Source of the DNA: Psammoneis japonica
Taxonomy: Eukaryota
DNA length: 64,000 nt
NCBI GenBank assembly: GCA_008632985.1
Contig: QPGO01000035.1
Coordinates: 235,899-299,898 of the forward strand
Reading direction: 5' to 3'
In this document: positions 61,052 through 64,000 of the stretch, piece by piece
Numbering within the stretch: position 1 is the first letter of the stretch
How the letters are laid out: each line of letters begins with the position of its first letter
The notes under the pieces: model-generated
What the model was told of the DNA's origin: nothing
Database searches by the model: none
The model's input: only the letters and a program-made list of their open reading frames with translations
Position numbers and translations under genes: made by a program

Positions 61052-61419
61052 CGCAGACAAGGGGACGAGCACTGACGATCCACGGTAGACTACCCGTAAG
61101 ACTTTAACTAGGCGGATAGACGATGGAATTACGTTTTTACTCATAGTTTCTTTTTGTAACCATCCTTAGTTCTTGGGAGGGGTTGATGGGAGGCTATCCC
61201 TGAATATGCAGAAAAGGTTCTTTGTGCTTTTACCATTTTTTGGGGTGACGTGCAGACTGCACTAAGATCACCAGTAGAAATCTAGAAGACTTTAGTAAAA
61301 AATCTACTTGATTTTTTCATAAAATGGCCAAAATCTACTCCCTCATTAACCTGTTGGTCGTATCTCAGGAAGCCCAGGCTCCTCCAACAACTCCCAAGGC
61401 AACACAAACTCCAACACTT

Positions 61420-61874
61420 CCAAGGATGGCAACCGCGGAGATCTTTTGTCCAAAGGATTTTGGGACAAAAGGACAGACACCATCATGGATGTTCGCATTC
61501 CGGACACGGATGCGAAGTCACACCTGTCCAAGACACTGGAAGAAGTTCTGGAACAACACGAACGAGAGAAAAAGCACAAGTGCCTCAAGCCCTGCCTTGA
61601 GCAACGCCGCCACTTCACTCCCTTCGTCGCATCATGCGATGGACTGTTTGGCAAGGAAGCCAAAGCAGTGCTGCACAGAATCTCTGCAAAACCAGCTGAG
61701 AAATGGCAAAAGCCATTTTCAGAGGCATGCGGCTGTGTTGACACGAGAATGAGCATCACTTTGGCACGGGCAACTCACCGTTGCCTCAGGGGATCACGCA
61801 CCCCTTCGTCCCAGATCAGCTCAAGACATCCTCAATGGGAGGATGGAGCTGGTCCATCCCTTTGCAAACACTGA
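61420..61874 (+). mobile_element. 3' fragment of an RLE-type (CRE-like) non-LTR retrotransposon
   Basis: RGDLLSKGFW...DVRIPDTDAKSH...HEREKKHKC...RHFTPFVAS.DG..GKEA...ARATHRCLRGSR is a restriction-like endonuclease C-terminus with Y->H/C changes. Confidence 0.8.
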
Positions 61875-62149
61875 GTGACCCCACTTGGGCCAGGCCACTC
61901 ATGTGGAACGATTGCCAACCTGCTGCTCACAGAGACCACCACCGATGCCATGCCCGAGAAGACAACAAAAACCTGGCAACATGCTGACAACGGTGCCAGA
62001 ATCGATTCGGATCTCACCCGCACAGTTTCCTCTTTTGTGGGTGCAAGCACTTGCTGGCACCCACCATGTTTTTGAGTTTTTTGGTGCCACTGCTTGCTTG
62101 TGATGCTGCCACCATGCGAGTGCTGGATGCGGAGAAGAGGGTGATGAGC

Positions 62150-63800
62150 GGATTCGAGGATGACAGATGACAAGTTCAAAGCACAACCAACGTTCGGACC
62201 CAAGCTAGAGTGGAGATTGTGAAATGCCCCACCAATTGATCTGGGCATGCATCGACGTGCCGCTGCCTGGTCTTAGATGTGAAACTGCAACAACTTCCAG
62301 CCAGGGTCAGGGCAAGGGATCGACCGAGTGGGCTGCGCACTCGCAAACACCGATGGAGGTGGTGGGGTGGCCCGGGTTCTGTGGCCTCATGGCGGCCGAA
62401 GGGGGGCATCCCCGGAACAAAATGACAGCAGACATGAACTTGAGCCAATGACTCAACGACTGGGCCCGAAGGTTCCGCCGTGTTTTGGAGGAGGGGCGTG
62501 CGACACAGCGCCTTGGCTCCTTGCTTGAGGAGTTTGCTTTTGAGGAATGTGGATTGGTGCCTGGTGTCAAGTTCCAGGAGCGGTCGAATGAGCTCATCGT
62601 GGTGGCACCAGACCTTGTTGCGATGTTGCGGAACGATGAGGCACTCGGTGTTGGAGACAGCAGCAAGTGCCGGTCTCCGGAGCCAGGGAAGAGAGTCCGA
62701 GTTCGCAGGGGCACACTGAAGATGGTCTGCTCACTGTTGAGATTTCCTTTTGAAACCAAGCCTTGCTGGAAACTTCAGTTCCTGAATCGTCCTGGTGCAC
62801 TGGACAACATTGCTTGTCAGTGGGAGATCCCAGACAATTTTGACGTGGAGAAAATGAATGACCACATTTCCCTTCCATCAAATTGGAGTGCAGAAAAGCA
62901 GAAGATTTTCCACGTTGTCCACCAACTTTGTGGTCAAATGTGTGCTGACAAATGTTGATGCGGAATCTTGCATGTGTGCGAATGCTTTTTCTTCTGCAAG
63001 CAGACAACAGAAGGTCATTTTGTGATCTCTCCAGCTTTGAGTCGCACAGCAACATCGCCTTCGGTCCCACAATGCATCAAGAGCATGGTGGGGTTTGATG
63101 ACCATGAATTAGGACGTGGAGTCATCCATCCAAAATCTGCTTCGAAAGCCGCTAAGAAACTGAAGAAGCCCCACGGGCTGCCCCGTCCCCCTCCTGCTTC
63201 CCAGGGCACTCCTGGTGGATCTGCTGCTTCTGGAAGGCAGGGCCAGCAAGGCACCCATGGCAGTGCACCCCCAAAGGGGGAGAACTTGGCAGCCAGCCTT
63301 TGCCTTTCGGACCATGCGCTCTTCGATGCCACCAACAACGTTCCACTGATGACGACCTCAAAATGTCCGTCCGTCCTCATGAAAATGCAGCGGAGCTCAC
63401 GAAAGCATCACGTCGAGGATGAAATGGCTCACGAAGCAGAAGTTTGCGCCGCCCTTGCAGACTGTGAAGCCGCACAGGAAGCCATCGTTGCCTTTCACGG
63501 CCACAGCTCCCACCTTGGAGTGGCCATGACCTGTCTCGGATGGGAAATGGACGACCTGGATGACATCGGACTCGAAAATGTGTCGGAAGCGTTTCAAGTA
63601 CTCCGCGGTTCGCGCGGTTGGCTTGTTGAGCGACGCCCGGTGTCCTGCACAACGACCTGGAACTTCACAACATTGTCCAGAGTCGGGACGACCCCGACCG
63701 GGCCAAAATCATCGATTTCGGTAGGGCGGTCTTCACTTCGAACCAGCGCCTCCTAGCGGAGCAAGTGGAACGGGTCAAGATTCTCTTGGGGGTCCAGTAA
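62150..63800 (+). pseudogene. Decayed PD-(D/E)xK-like + protein-kinase gene (Crinkler/fungal-kinase-like architecture)
   Basis: VAPD...PFETKP, QLCGQM..DKC*CGIL..CE (QLYGQM..RYGIL..YE), EAEVCAAL and VLHNDLELHNI..KIIDFGRA. Internal stop and frameshifts; terminal stop at 63798-63800. Confidence 0.6.
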
Positions 63801-64000
63801 GAAATTAGCTGCGCTATACTGAGCTCAGAAGTTTGGTAGTAAAGAACAAGTCAGCCAAAATAAGCCTACAATTTTGTAGATTGGCCCTCTGGCGTTGTCA
63901 CCCCAAATTACTTGAATTTCAGGAACCGCAGACGAATGTGACGGTTGTCTTGGTCGGTGCTAGGGCCTATGCATTACAATCCCGCCTCGATTGCCTTGGC

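Overview
Eukaryotic genomic DNA, most likely a pennate diatom. This is inferred from short GT-AG introns, bipartite plastid-targeting peptides, a solute-binding/pseudokinase/cyclase receptor and CoDi-like copia elements. The window alternates sharply between two compartments. The first is gene islands of normal composition: a tandem Zn-finger protein, a BtuF-like/DUF5522/Dph6-like fusion, a plastid protein, a bestrophin, an ALMT-like transporter, an ankyrin protein, a syntaxin-6-like SNARE, a receptor cyclase, a secreted Lys/Gly/Tyr-rich protein and a DHHC acyltransferase. The second is repeat/TE blocks almost devoid of the dinucleotide TpA. In these blocks conserved TE proteins show systematic Tyr->Cys/His, Leu->Ser/Pro and Thr->Ala changes (e.g. 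RT YxDD->CVDD; a 751-aa pol ORF has no Tyr). The two LTRs of one copia element differ mostly by reciprocal TG/CA swaps. The simplest reading is a repeat-targeted TpA->TpG/CpA (A:T->G:C) hypermutation system, opposite in direction to fungal RIP. A basecalling artefact at a modified base must be excluded. Other highlights: a ~19.9-kb CACTG (EnSpm/CMC-type) transposon with TIRs, enzyme-like cargo and a nested Gypsy, and a DHHC gene with tandem alternative last exons where one exon's stop codon is the other's splice acceptor. Several 1-nt homopolymer deletions in otherwise intact genes suggest an imperfectly polished long-read assembly. All counts were made by eye.
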